From an uncultured archaeon (lineage in GTDB: Archaea > Asgardarchaeota > Thorarchaeia > Thorarchaeales > Thorarchaeaceae), in NCBI GenBank assembly GCA_964590575.1, contig CAZPWM010000022.1, positions 911 to 39,838 on the forward strand: a stretch of 38,928 nt of DNA. Direction: 5' to 3'. The notes beneath the pieces are model-generated. The model was not told the origin of the DNA. It searched no databases and saw only the letters and a program-made list of their open reading frames with translations. The translations under genes were made by a program, and so were the position numbers. This document shows, piece by piece, positions 19,233 to 27,271 of this stretch (positions are counted from its first letter, which is position 1; the number at the start of each line of letters is the position of its first letter).

Positions 19233-19685
19233 TTAAAAAGTCGCACAGACCTGTCTTATTTGTTCAATCTGTTGTGATTTAATAAAGGCGAGATATTCAA
19301 ACAGACGGCTAGCGAGCTCAGTCTTCGCTCGAGCTGCGATAGATAGGTAGAAAGAATAACCCTTAATCTCCTGTTCTAATGCCTTGTTACAGACAAAAAT
19401 CCTCGGGTCCGTATCGGTTCTCTCAGGTGCGAAAGGTGAGTCGTCTGGTGGATCGCTACCGACCACAACTCGACCCATAGCCTCAATCTCATCAAGGACT
19501 CCAGTCACCATCATATGACGGATATGCGCAATCAAGTTTCTCTCAGTATCTGCAAGAACATTCAACAGAGCTTTTACTTTCGGAGTTTGAACCTGTTCAG
19601 CTGTTTCAATGTAATATTCGTAGTGTCTTGTGGACATAGCCATAGCCATGTTCAACAGCGGATCTAGGGGATTTTTGCGACTCAT
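19233..19685 (-). CDS. Ferritin-like/rubrerythrin-like protein, paralog 1
   Basis: Clearly homologous to the neighbouring ORF (DTDPR.(F/Y)VCN.ALE.E..GY.FY). Confidence 0.7.
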   Translation of the reverse strand: MSRKNPLDPLLNMAMAMSTRHYEYYIETAEQVQTPKVKALLNVLADTERNLIAHIRHMMVTGVLDEIEAMGRVVVGSDPPDDSPFAPERTDTDPRIFVCNKALEQEIKGYSFYLSIAARAKTELASRLFEYLAFIKSQQIEQIRQVCATF

Positions 19686-19734
19686 GGGAGTGCTGAGAGT
19701 GAACTTTGGCTTAGAAATGGGTTTCTATGGCGCA

Positions 19735-20448
19735 CTAAGATTTCTTGAAACCGATTGGATCAGCAAGATAGTCAGAGACCATGATGAACTCCTCGTCTGT
19801 CATCCTATCCTTAATCAAAATGAGACCTTCATCGACTAGATTGATGAGCGTATGAAGGTTGATTTTGAGCTCATCAGCACGCTTTCGAGCTCCCTGCTGG
19901 CGGTCTACAACAACAGCAATATCGTCAACTGTAAAGTCACTAACGCCACGTTTCTCCAATTCCGCTATGACCTGGCCACGAGCGACCAACTTACTTTCCA
20001 TTCCAGTAACAAGATCATCCACAAGACAAAGAGCATCACCATCTTTCACATCACCCTCGAGAAAGGCATGTTGGCCGTACCTCTTGATTTCCTCCTGAAG
20101 TTCTTGTTCAGTTCTGACACCAACTATCTTCCGAGTATGACATGCTGGGATACCGGTCGATAGTGACATTGCAGTAGCAATAGGAATTCCAGCAAACGCA
20201 ACACCGACGAGTCTATTGATGTGCGGTGCATCTTCCATCACGAGGGTTCCCAGAGCTTGACCTACTTTCTTGAGAGTTTCTGGGAAAGAAGATAGAATTC
20301 GTAATTGAATGTAGAATGGACTCCATAATCCAGAATGCAATGTCCAGCCCTCAGGGTTGTCACGCACGGATGTCAACAGCATCCTGTTCTCGTAGATGTC
20401 TTGCATGATGTTCCTCTTCAGGGCTGTGTCCACCAACCTCAACACCAA
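19735..20448 (-). CDS. pyrE: Orotate phosphoribosyltransferase-like protein
   Basis: WTLHSGLWSPFYIQLR, GVAFAGIPIA, PRPP loop LVDDLVTG, VVVDRQQG. Confidence 0.78.
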   Translation of the reverse strand: MVLRLVDTALKRNIMQDIYENRMLLTSVRDNPEGWTLHSGLWSPFYIQLRILSSFPETLKKVGQALGTLVMEDAPHINRLVGVAFAGIPIATAMSLSTGIPACHTRKIVGVRTEQELQEEIKRYGQHAFLEGDVKDGDALCLVDDLVTGMESKLVARGQVIAELEKRGVSDFTVDDIAVVVDRQQGARKRADELKINLHTLINLVDEGLILIKDRMTDEEFIMVSDYLADPIGFKKS

Positions 20449-20528
20449 GTTGGCAATGGGCGGTGAATGTTCTTAACTCTGCCCCCGTTACAGAGATTAC
20501 TTATGGAGAGGGCGCTGATTATTGAAAC

Positions 20529-21596
20529 ATGAACCACAAAAACCTGGCTTATTGGCTCATTGATAATGCAGGTCCAATCATTAGATTCAGGACTATTGTG
20601 GATATCTTTGAAGAGCAAGATGTTGGTGTTGTATCAAAGGCACTGAAGGATTTGACAGAAAGCCCTGAAGTTGTGAAGTGGTTTGGTTTTATTGAACATG
20701 GTCTTGCACTCAACGATGTACATTCTGGTCGGCAAAATGCCTTTGAGAATGTAATAGGTAAGCTGGTTCAACTTGGGTGGCGCGCTGGTTTGCAACCCTT
20801 TGACAACAAGACCTTGTTTTACAGAGTATGGTTGTCTGAGAATGTAGAGAAGGAACCTGTTGCAGCACACGATGTCTTCAAGAAATCTTTGATTGCTTCG
20901 GTTCTGGCACGCGCAGGATACCAGACTGTTGAGGCGGTTCAGAAGCAAATACTCTCACGGTTAAACACGATTCACAAGTTCGCGAAGGACCCAGATTTCT
21001 CGCAAATCTATGTTGACAAGTTAGAGTATCAAGGAATACCAAAGGGACTGGCAAGCCACGATCTAATCAACCCGCAGCTCTACCCAGGTCAGCAGTTTGC
21101 ACTCCCTTGGATTCATGATGTCTTTGCGTTCAGTCATCTCAATATAGTACACGAGAACGACCAGTATCATGACAAAGCGGAGCGGATTTTGGAGATGATT
21201 CTCACTCCTGAATACCAAAGCCTTCCGTGGAGTTATGGTATTGCCAGGTATGGAAAACGGTACTATGTGGTAGGCTGGGCTGCAAATCTCCCAGGTTATT
21301 CCAAGAATCCAGAGGGGAGGATGTTCGCGGGAATGCTTCTTGCACTAGATGCCTTAGCTCCCTTTGCTTGCATCAGGAAAAGTCATTGGTTCCAAAACTC
21401 GATGAGGTATCTAGATGAGTTTCGAACTGAAGCGGGTACATACTCATTCCCAAGGAGCTGGCTGCCTGAGAAGAAGAGGGGCTATTGGATTGGCGGTGAA
21501 TACATGGCTTTTGATAACCGAAAAGGGAGGAAGAATGCAATAGAGGTTGAATCAACCTTCCGGGTCCTTTCGATCAGAAGACGGGCTGGTTTGTGA
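20529..21596 (+). CDS. Hypothetical soluble protein (355 aa)
   Basis: Long ORF with no recognisable motif. Confidence 0.75.
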   Translation: MNHKNLAYWLIDNAGPIIRFRTIVDIFEEQDVGVVSKALKDLTESPEVVKWFGFIEHGLALNDVHSGRQNAFENVIGKLVQLGWRAGLQPFDNKTLFYRVWLSENVEKEPVAAHDVFKKSLIASVLARAGYQTVEAVQKQILSRLNTIHKFAKDPDFSQIYVDKLEYQGIPKGLASHDLINPQLYPGQQFALPWIHDVFAFSHLNIVHENDQYHDKAERILEMILTPEYQSLPWSYGIARYGKRYYVVGWAANLPGYSKNPEGRMFAGMLLALDALAPFACIRKSHWFQNSMRYLDEFRTEAGTYSFPRSWLPEKKRGYWIGGEYMAFDNRKGRKNAIEVESTFRVLSIRRRAGL

Positions 21597-22694
21597 GAGG
21601 TTGTTGTTGTTCGTGTTACTCTTGCCTGTAAAAATCAGAGAGAGAATCCTGTTTCTTAGGACAAGCGCTGCAAATGGAATTGACAATACAAACCCTAACA
21701 GAAATCGCAATGGCCAGAACAGAGTGATTGCGGCATCATAATCTGCTAAAGACCAACCCAGTGTAACCATCAATACTGGTACGAAATAGAAGAAGACAGG
21801 ATGGATCTCATAGATGACTTGAGAGTTCACTCCAAGAAATTCCACTCGTCTACTCTTGAAAAGACTTGACAACATGAAGACAAGTATTGTGCCAGAGGTA
21901 CCAGTTACTAGATAGAGCCAGGCATTTTCACCAAAACTATCTTCAACGAAATTAAAGAAGCCGTTGTACTGAGACGCAACGAATAGGATCACGGCAAGAA
22001 TCAGGAAAATAACGCCATCAAGTGTTTTCGACTTCGTACGCCACTCTTTCAACCCGTTGTATCTCTGCATCTCATGACCAATAATGCAGAATGAGGTGGC
22101 AATTAGAACACTATTGATGCGCCAAGGAACAAGCATTGGTGAAAACATGTCTGTTATCCAGAACGCGAGAACTGGCAGAAGAGCCACAAGTGGCCATCGT
22201 ACTCGTGGGTCGTATGAATGTGTCAGCGACTCGATCGCAACGAAGAGCATCAAGCCAAAGAAGAGGACTGGAAGGAACCATAGATGTGTGGCTTGCCCTG
22301 GAGGACCCGCCCCATAGAGAAACCAGAAGACGACATCAGCTGGTGTTAGATAGGTAGCAACTGAGTCAGCCAACGGGATAAAGAGAACCATCATTATGAT
22401 GTAGAGAGCAAAGTATGGTATCAATAACTGACGTCCACGAGAGATAGCATAATCTTTGAGATTGTTTCGATTCTTGTCACCGTTATACGTCATGCCAGCC
22501 ATGATGAAGAACAGAGCAATAGCAAACCCAGCCAAGAGCGCCACAGCGGCTTCTAGGTAGACATCATAATTCATTGGAATCATAGAATGGACCAAAATCA
22601 CAGTGAATATCCCGATTCCTCTTGCATTGTCGATCCAGCCAAGTCTGTTGTTAGTGACTGGTTCTGACAGTATAATACAGCTCCTTCTTAACAC
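21552..22694 (-). CDS. Acyltransferase family 3 membrane protein
   Basis: RLGWIDNARGIGIFTVILVH, LFFIMAG, LLIPY, LWFLPVLF. Start uncertain. Confidence 0.88.
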   Translation of the reverse strand: MLRRSCIILSEPVTNNRLGWIDNARGIGIFTVILVHSMIPMNYDVYLEAAVALLAGFAIALFFIMAGMTYNGDKNRNNLKDYAISRGRQLLIPYFALYIIMMVLFIPLADSVATYLTPADVVFWFLYGAGPPGQATHLWFLPVLFFGLMLFVAIESLTHSYDPRVRWPLVALLPVLAFWITDMFSPMLVPWRINSVLIATSFCIIGHEMQRYNGLKEWRTKSKTLDGVIFLILAVILFVASQYNGFFNFVEDSFGENAWLYLVTGTSGTILVFMLSSLFKSRRVEFLGVNSQVIYEIHPVFFYFVPVLMVTLGWSLADYDAAITLFWPLRFLLGFVLSIPFAALVLRNRILSLIFTGKSNTNNNNLSQTSPSSDRKDPEG

Positions 22695-22733
22695 GCATAA
22701 AAAAATGCGTTCTATTACCTACCCTTGGTAAGC

Positions 22734-22740
22734 TTTTTAA
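22734..22740 (+). promoter_or_regulatory. TATA-like box positioned for a tRNA start at 22766
   Basis: TTTTTAA ~26-32 nt upstream of GCGCTCGTTGTC. Confidence 0.5.
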
Positions 22741-22765
22741 CGCTCACCATTGCGATGGATTCGAA

Positions 22766-22777
22766 GCGCTCGTTGTC
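22766..22777 (+). pseudogene. 12-nt tRNA-Gly 5' stub (positions 1-12)
   Basis: GCGCTCGTTGTC is identical to the first 12 nt of the intact tRNA-Gly(GCC). It pairs with CGAGCGC of the 28310 fragment. Confidence 0.6.
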
Positions 22778-22793
22778 AGTGCTTCAAACACAT

Positions 22794-22898
22794 GCGTCCG
22801 TTGTCTATAGGACTTCAACTTCTGATGTCCTGACTAAGGGGCTATGATGGATCCCTGCCACTGTGCGGGGGCTCATCCCTCGGAACCGTAGAACGGAT
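22794..22898 (+). pseudogene. 5' portion (positions 1-42) of tRNA-Gly(GCC) with two BHB introns (22808-22837 at 14/15; 22861-22893 at 37/38)
   Basis: Removing the introns gives GCGTCCG-TT-GTCTAGGGGCTATGAT-G-GATCC-CTGCCAC-GGAT. The 37/38 intron has a CTGC/GTAG helix. No T arm follows. Confidence 0.85.
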
Positions 22899-25889
22899 TT
22901 CATACCCTTCATCTTTCAGACTGTTCCTCACTGATTCAATATCTTCGAGAGTTTGTTTTGACAACCACTCATCCATTATCTGCTCTTTTGTGCTATCATT
23001 TGGTTTCATTAAGAAAGCGCATTTCATCTTAGAATCATCATCACGAATCCTTGCTTGCCATCTTACACTAACCCTTCCTGATCGTCTGTAGTAAGAAACT
23101 TGCATGGGGTCGACTGAAACATTGATTCCGAACCCTCTGACTATTGTTGCCTCGTCATCAATCAGTTGATTTCTGTAATCATAGACGACCTTCAGAATCT
23201 CTTTTGCTGCGTTGGCTTTGAATTCATCTTGGTCATTTTGGAGATTTTCGAGTTGACCTATTGTCAAATATATCTCACCAGCATTCCCTGTTTCATACTC
23301 TCTGTTTGCTTCTTTTGAGGTCTTCAAGAACTCAACTGCTTCCTGCGATAACTTCGATTGAAAGTCGTATTTTTCGGATTTATTCCCTGCACATAGTGCA
23401 TGTCGCCGGTTCCAGCTAATTTCGCCATTTTCAGAAACACAACCTTCCTGCGAGAACATGTCTTGAATTAAAGCGCGTTGAGCGTCTTTAGACCAATTAT
23501 GAACATCAGATGGGAGTCCATAATTCAAGATGGTCCGGTCACCCTCGGGTATCCCCCAGAAAATGGCTGCTTCAGACATTGCTGAATTGATATAGATTTC
23601 ATATACACCTCTACTTTTCCTGAATTTCCTTTTCAGGTGTATATCTCCGAAATTACGTAAGGTGTTTTCAAAACGATTTATTCGATCCTCAGTTGATTCA
23701 TAATACATGAGACCTTTACTACCACGGACTTGACCATCACTGACAACTGTTCCTATAACACGTGCACGCAGTATTTCTAGCTCCTCACCTTTTGGAAAAT
23801 CAGGATTTTCAAGACCACCTTGACCTTTGATTCCGGTGATTTTCTCCACTCTTTTTTCAAGTAATTCTGTGTCATGTCCCATTGCATCTAATAGGAACTT
23901 GAGTGTTTCACCATGAATTCTATTTTCTTTCAAATGTCGAGATTTTCTGAGTGTTTCATTGTCGGTGTTCTGAAGTATTTCATCCATTATCTTGTTAAAA
24001 TGAATCTTGGATTCGGGTAATCTTGGATTCAATCCAAGATTGCTTAACGCACTTTCTTGAAGTCGCTCTAACATCTCATTCTCTTTGAAGTAGTAATACT
24101 GTTTAGACCATGCATTAAGCATGTTATTCCTGGATGTATCCGAAATCCAAAGATATACCCGATCATCCACAACACCAATTCTGACCTCAGTTTCTTCTAT
24201 CTTCAACCGCTTCTGGATTTCTTTACCCAACGTATCTTTACTTTTTTCTAGAGATTCTGATAGCCTGTGAGTGTCTTTCTGATCGTTTTCATCTAAATCA
24301 AGTTCTAGATACGACACGTGTTTCTCGCTTTCTGATATCCTAACTAGGAGTTCATCTACAAGCTCCTTAGTTTCCTGGATGCAACCACTCTCTTTCATAG
24401 TGACTTTGAAACGAGCATCGGATTGGTTTTCACTGTTCAGCATTGCTGTTTTCACAATTTGACTCCATGCTTTCTCTACAGCTTCAGCTGGATGTTCATC
24501 CTCGCTCTCTGCATTCTCCCGAACAATCTTCTTGAACTGCTCACGTTCTTCCTCTGAAAGTTCAGCAAAGAGGTTACGGAGCCTACGACGATGTTTCTGA
24601 TCCTCAGTTTCGTACTCAGCGAGTATATTCGGAACTCGCTGCATCTCACCAGTCAATGGATCTTGGACATAATCGTAGTTATCATCCATTCCCATTTTCA
24701 AATCTAACATGTCCTTAACGCGCTTAACAAAGGCCTCGAAGTCTTCAGGGAGGTCTTCTTCCTCGACGATTTCATTCTGCAAATCATTCTCGATCTCGCG
24801 TTCTTCGTTCTCTACCATCTCTGATGCTGCAGATTCCGCAACCTTCTGTTCTTCATCACTCACTTCTTGTGACTCTGTCCCATTCTGTGATTCCACATTA
24901 GAACCTTCAATTGGTACATCTACATGTTCTAACTCATCCAATTTAGGTTCATCATGCACTTCCGTCGCATTATGTGACTCTTCTATCTCAAGGGTATCCT
25001 CTAAATCAGATTTCACCTCACTCTCTTCCGGTTCTTCTGCGGGGTACAGACTATCATCAGCTATATACTCTCTTGTTTCCTCATGTTCAAATTCAGACTG
25101 ATTCTCTTGGGGAGTTTCACCCTTGGAAACCTCGGGTTCAGTTACTCCAGACGGTTCGCTGGATTCGGGTTGTTTAATTCCTTGTTTCTCCACAGATTCT
25201 GTAGTTCCAGAGGACGAGTATTCCTCCTGTTCTGTTTCTGCAGATTCAGGTCGAGTGATTCGGTTTCTAAATTCTTCATCAGGTTGCTCCTTAACATCAT
25301 CCATTGGTTTACTGCGTTCACTGTGTTCCTGCTTCTCATACTCAACCTCACTCTCGACCTCAGAATTTTTATCATACTCAGATTCATTCTTGGTTTCCAT
25401 TGTATAGACCATACCGGATCCTGCTTCTTCGTATGACTCACTGGACTCAGTCATCTCAGAGGACGAGCCCTCCTCACCTCCCTCCTCTATGTCAATATCT
25501 TTTCGCGAGACCCCTTCAATCTGATGGTTCATGTCATTGACATATTCATCATGGAGTTCCACTCTGACCTCGTCAAGGTCATTCTCCAACTCATCCTCGA
25601 AGGACTCCTTGCCGTCCATATCTTTCTCCCGTTGAAGTTCATCAAACTCCTTTGCAGCTGCCTCAGCAAGGTCTTCGATCTCCTTGAGCATTGTTTCATA
25701 CTCATCGAACTCCTTCGCTGCCTCATTGGCGATTTGCTCGATTGCCTTCTGTCGTTCAATGTCTTCAGCGGTCTCCGCCGTCGTTTTCTCGACTTCATCA
25801 GGAATCTCCCCTCCTTCTGGAGTGTCTGGCTGTTCATCATACTCTGTTTCTGAATATCGCTCTGCATCAGAGGTTCTATCATACGGCAA
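22842..25889 (-). CDS. Large acidic protein with a C-terminal LAGLIDADG-like endonuclease region (paralog of 10347-13166)
   Basis: Shared N-terminal and central blocks with the paralog, and two LAGLIDADG-like helices (RVIGTVVSDGQV, ALIQDMFSQEGCV). TTG 25889 preferred (ORF track 25946). The last ~18 codons read antisense through the tRNA relic. Confidence 0.78.
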   Translation of the reverse strand: MPYDRTSDAERYSETEYDEQPDTPEGGEIPDEVEKTTAETAEDIERQKAIEQIANEAAKEFDEYETMLKEIEDLAEAAAKEFDELQREKDMDGKESFEDELENDLDEVRVELHDEYVNDMNHQIEGVSRKDIDIEEGGEEGSSSEMTESSESYEEAGSGMVYTMETKNESEYDKNSEVESEVEYEKQEHSERSKPMDDVKEQPDEEFRNRITRPESAETEQEEYSSSGTTESVEKQGIKQPESSEPSGVTEPEVSKGETPQENQSEFEHEETREYIADDSLYPAEEPEESEVKSDLEDTLEIEESHNATEVHDEPKLDELEHVDVPIEGSNVESQNGTESQEVSDEEQKVAESAASEMVENEEREIENDLQNEIVEEEDLPEDFEAFVKRVKDMLDLKMGMDDNYDYVQDPLTGEMQRVPNILAEYETEDQKHRRRLRNLFAELSEEEREQFKKIVRENAESEDEHPAEAVEKAWSQIVKTAMLNSENQSDARFKVTMKESGCIQETKELVDELLVRISESEKHVSYLELDLDENDQKDTHRLSESLEKSKDTLGKEIQKRLKIEETEVRIGVVDDRVYLWISDTSRNNMLNAWSKQYYYFKENEMLERLQESALSNLGLNPRLPESKIHFNKIMDEILQNTDNETLRKSRHLKENRIHGETLKFLLDAMGHDTELLEKRVEKITGIKGQGGLENPDFPKGEELEILRARVIGTVVSDGQVRGSKGLMYYESTEDRINRFENTLRNFGDIHLKRKFRKSRGVYEIYINSAMSEAAIFWGIPEGDRTILNYGLPSDVHNWSKDAQRALIQDMFSQEGCVSENGEISWNRRHALCAGNKSEKYDFQSKLSQEAVEFLKTSKEANREYETGNAGEIYLTIGQLENLQNDQDEFKANAAKEILKVVYDYRNQLIDDEATIVRGFGINVSVDPMQVSYYRRSGRVSVRWQARIRDDDSKMKCAFLMKPNDSTKEQIMDEWLSKQTLEDIESVRNSLKDEGYEIRSTVPRDEPPHSGRDPS
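25528..25730 (+). repeat. 203-bp near-identical block, copy 2
   Basis: See 12805-13007. Confidence 0.9.
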
Positions 25890-26209
25890 TTTCAGACCCC
25901 GATTCATAGATTTCTGAATAGACCATTTTCTCACTTCAAGATTCAATATAGAAGATTAATCAGTTTTCAGTGGAGTATAATTAAGGGTGATTAGAAGTCG
26001 GTTTCAGCCTTATTGTGTGTTAGAGTCCTTCCGCTTGTTAGATAATGGTTCTTAGAATTTTTTTAACGATTTCTGGCATCCATTTCTCTTTTTGTCATAC
26101 TATTTTGGTCAAAAGTGCAATTCATTTTTCGAAACCTAAGCACATCTGAAGAGTTTAATGATTCAATGCAATTCGTGAGAATTATGCATGATATTAAACA
26201 ATGGAGAGA

Positions 26210-26345
26210 TGGTGCGCTCGCCGGGACTCGAATTCCCGACCACGTTCGAAACTGAACGCAGTTCCCGGCTCCCGACCACATCCGAAACGGATGCGATTGC
26301 CGGATCCGTGGCAGGGATCCATCATAGCCCCTAGACAACGAGCGC
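26210..26345 (-). tRNA. tRNA-Gly(GCC) with two non-canonical introns (26269-26298 at 48/49; 26233-26263 at 53/54)
   Basis: GCGCTCG/CGAGCGC acceptor, GATCC-CTGCCAC-GGATC, CCGGG-TTCGAGT-CCCGG after splicing, CCA. Both introns form hairpins with 4-bp central helices. TTTAAA lies upstream on the minus strand. Confidence 0.92.
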
Positions 26346-26606
26346 TGCAACGATTGTCGAGTGTATGATGGTTTTAAAGTTTGCCAAATATCTACAATAG
26401 AAAAGGGATCTATGTAGTTATTGAGATTGCATTTGACCTTACAAGATGCGTTACGTTTCCAGGAGGCGAACAGATACTAACTCAGTTTCAGGGACTAGTT
26501 TGCACAGAAGCTCCAATGCCCGTATCTACAACATACAAAACTTCATGGGTCATAGGAAAAGCAAATCTCATAGATCCATATGCTGTAAGATTATTACCGC
26601 CCTAAG

Positions 26607-26639
26607 CTAACCCGGGTTCGAATCCCGGCGGATGCACCA
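26607..26639 (+). repeat. tRNA-Gly 3' fragment 1 (positions 43-76)
   Basis: C-TAAC-CCGGG-TTCGAAT-CCCGG-CGGATGC-A-CCA plus a T-rich tract. Confidence 0.9.
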
Positions 26640-26716
26640 CTCTTTTCTATGTATTGACTAGTACAAAAGTCAGTTGATGGCAAAGCATTTCTCTTCTCAC
26701 TGCTATGTCTTAAAGC

Positions 26717-27208
26717 ATGGGAGTTTTTCAGAAGCAGTATAGTAATGTAAGTCTGCTTCTAGCCATCTATACAATGTTCTCTCCAAGCATGATAGAGAGT
26801 GAAACTTGGGGTAGTGGGGAGCATATGGTTCTTGATGCAGTTACAGTGCGTACAATGACGTCAAGCAGCTTTTGGGCCTTTGAATCGATTAATTACTACA
26901 CACTAGGTGGACCTCCAAATTCCAGCCAATTTCTATTTCCCTACTCCGCCTCAATGCCTGTAAACATTGCGTGGCTCATAGGATGTCTATCAATGGTTAT
27001 TGCCCTACTCGTTCTGAATGGAAAGATTTCTCGCAACTTGGGATTCCTTATACTGATAATAGCTACACTACTTCCATTCTTTTTGCCCGGCATAAACAGT
27101 TATTCTGTGGAGTCGTTTTACACTTATAGCAGAATGGCGCTACCGATTCCTCAGATTATCGGAATCATTATTCTTGTGTTCACTCGAAAATGGAATCTCA
27201 TCAAATGA
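26717..27208 (+). CDS. Hypothetical membrane protein (cassette 1)
   Basis: 163 aa with several TMs, the sole ORF between tRNA fragments 1 and 2. Confidence 0.7.
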   Translation: MGVFQKQYSNVSLLLAIYTMFSPSMIESETWGSGEHMVLDAVTVRTMTSSSFWAFESINYYTLGGPPNSSQFLFPYSASMPVNIAWLIGCLSMVIALLVLNGKISRNLGFLILIIATLLPFFLPGINSYSVESFYTYSRMALPIPQIIGIIILVFTRKWNLIK

Positions 27209-27226
27209 TTTCAGACCTAGATGAAC

Positions 27227-27255
27227 CCCGGGTTCGAATCCCGGCGGACGCACCA
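27227..27255 (+). repeat. tRNA-Gly 3' fragment 2 (positions 48-76)
   Basis: C-CCGGG-TTCGAAT-CCCGG-CGGACGC-A-CCA. Confidence 0.9.
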
Positions 27256-27271
27256 TTCTCATTCTTCTCAC

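Larger units (their letters stand above)
22899..26606. mobile_element. Putative insert splitting tRNA-Gly(GCC) at 42/43; carries the giant protein gene plus an inverted intact tRNA-Gly(GCC)
   Basis: Joining 22898 to 26607 restores a complete cloverleaf with no missing or duplicated base. Confidence 0.62.

Noticed and set aside
22842-25889. SSV-type split integrase or intein
   Set aside because: No tyrosine-recombinase R-H-R-Y motifs and no intein terminal motifs (C/S...HN) were recognised.
26063-26350. 95-aa ORF with an apparent FRMWSGAG/FRTWSGIR repeat
   Set aside because: It is a translation of the tRNA-Gly gene and its two sibling introns.
22899-26606. Giant 3.7-kb BHB intron that would splice out and restore tRNA-Gly
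   Set aside because: The junction helix would be ACGG/CCTA (2 of 4 pairs) with no flanking stem, and the insert's genes are antisense.
22894-27255. Trans-spliced split tRNA joining the 5' part with fragment 2 (TTCA/TGAA helix)
   Set aside because: There is no long complementary leader/trailer as in known split tRNAs, the trailer is coding sequence, and the product would have A at position 48.
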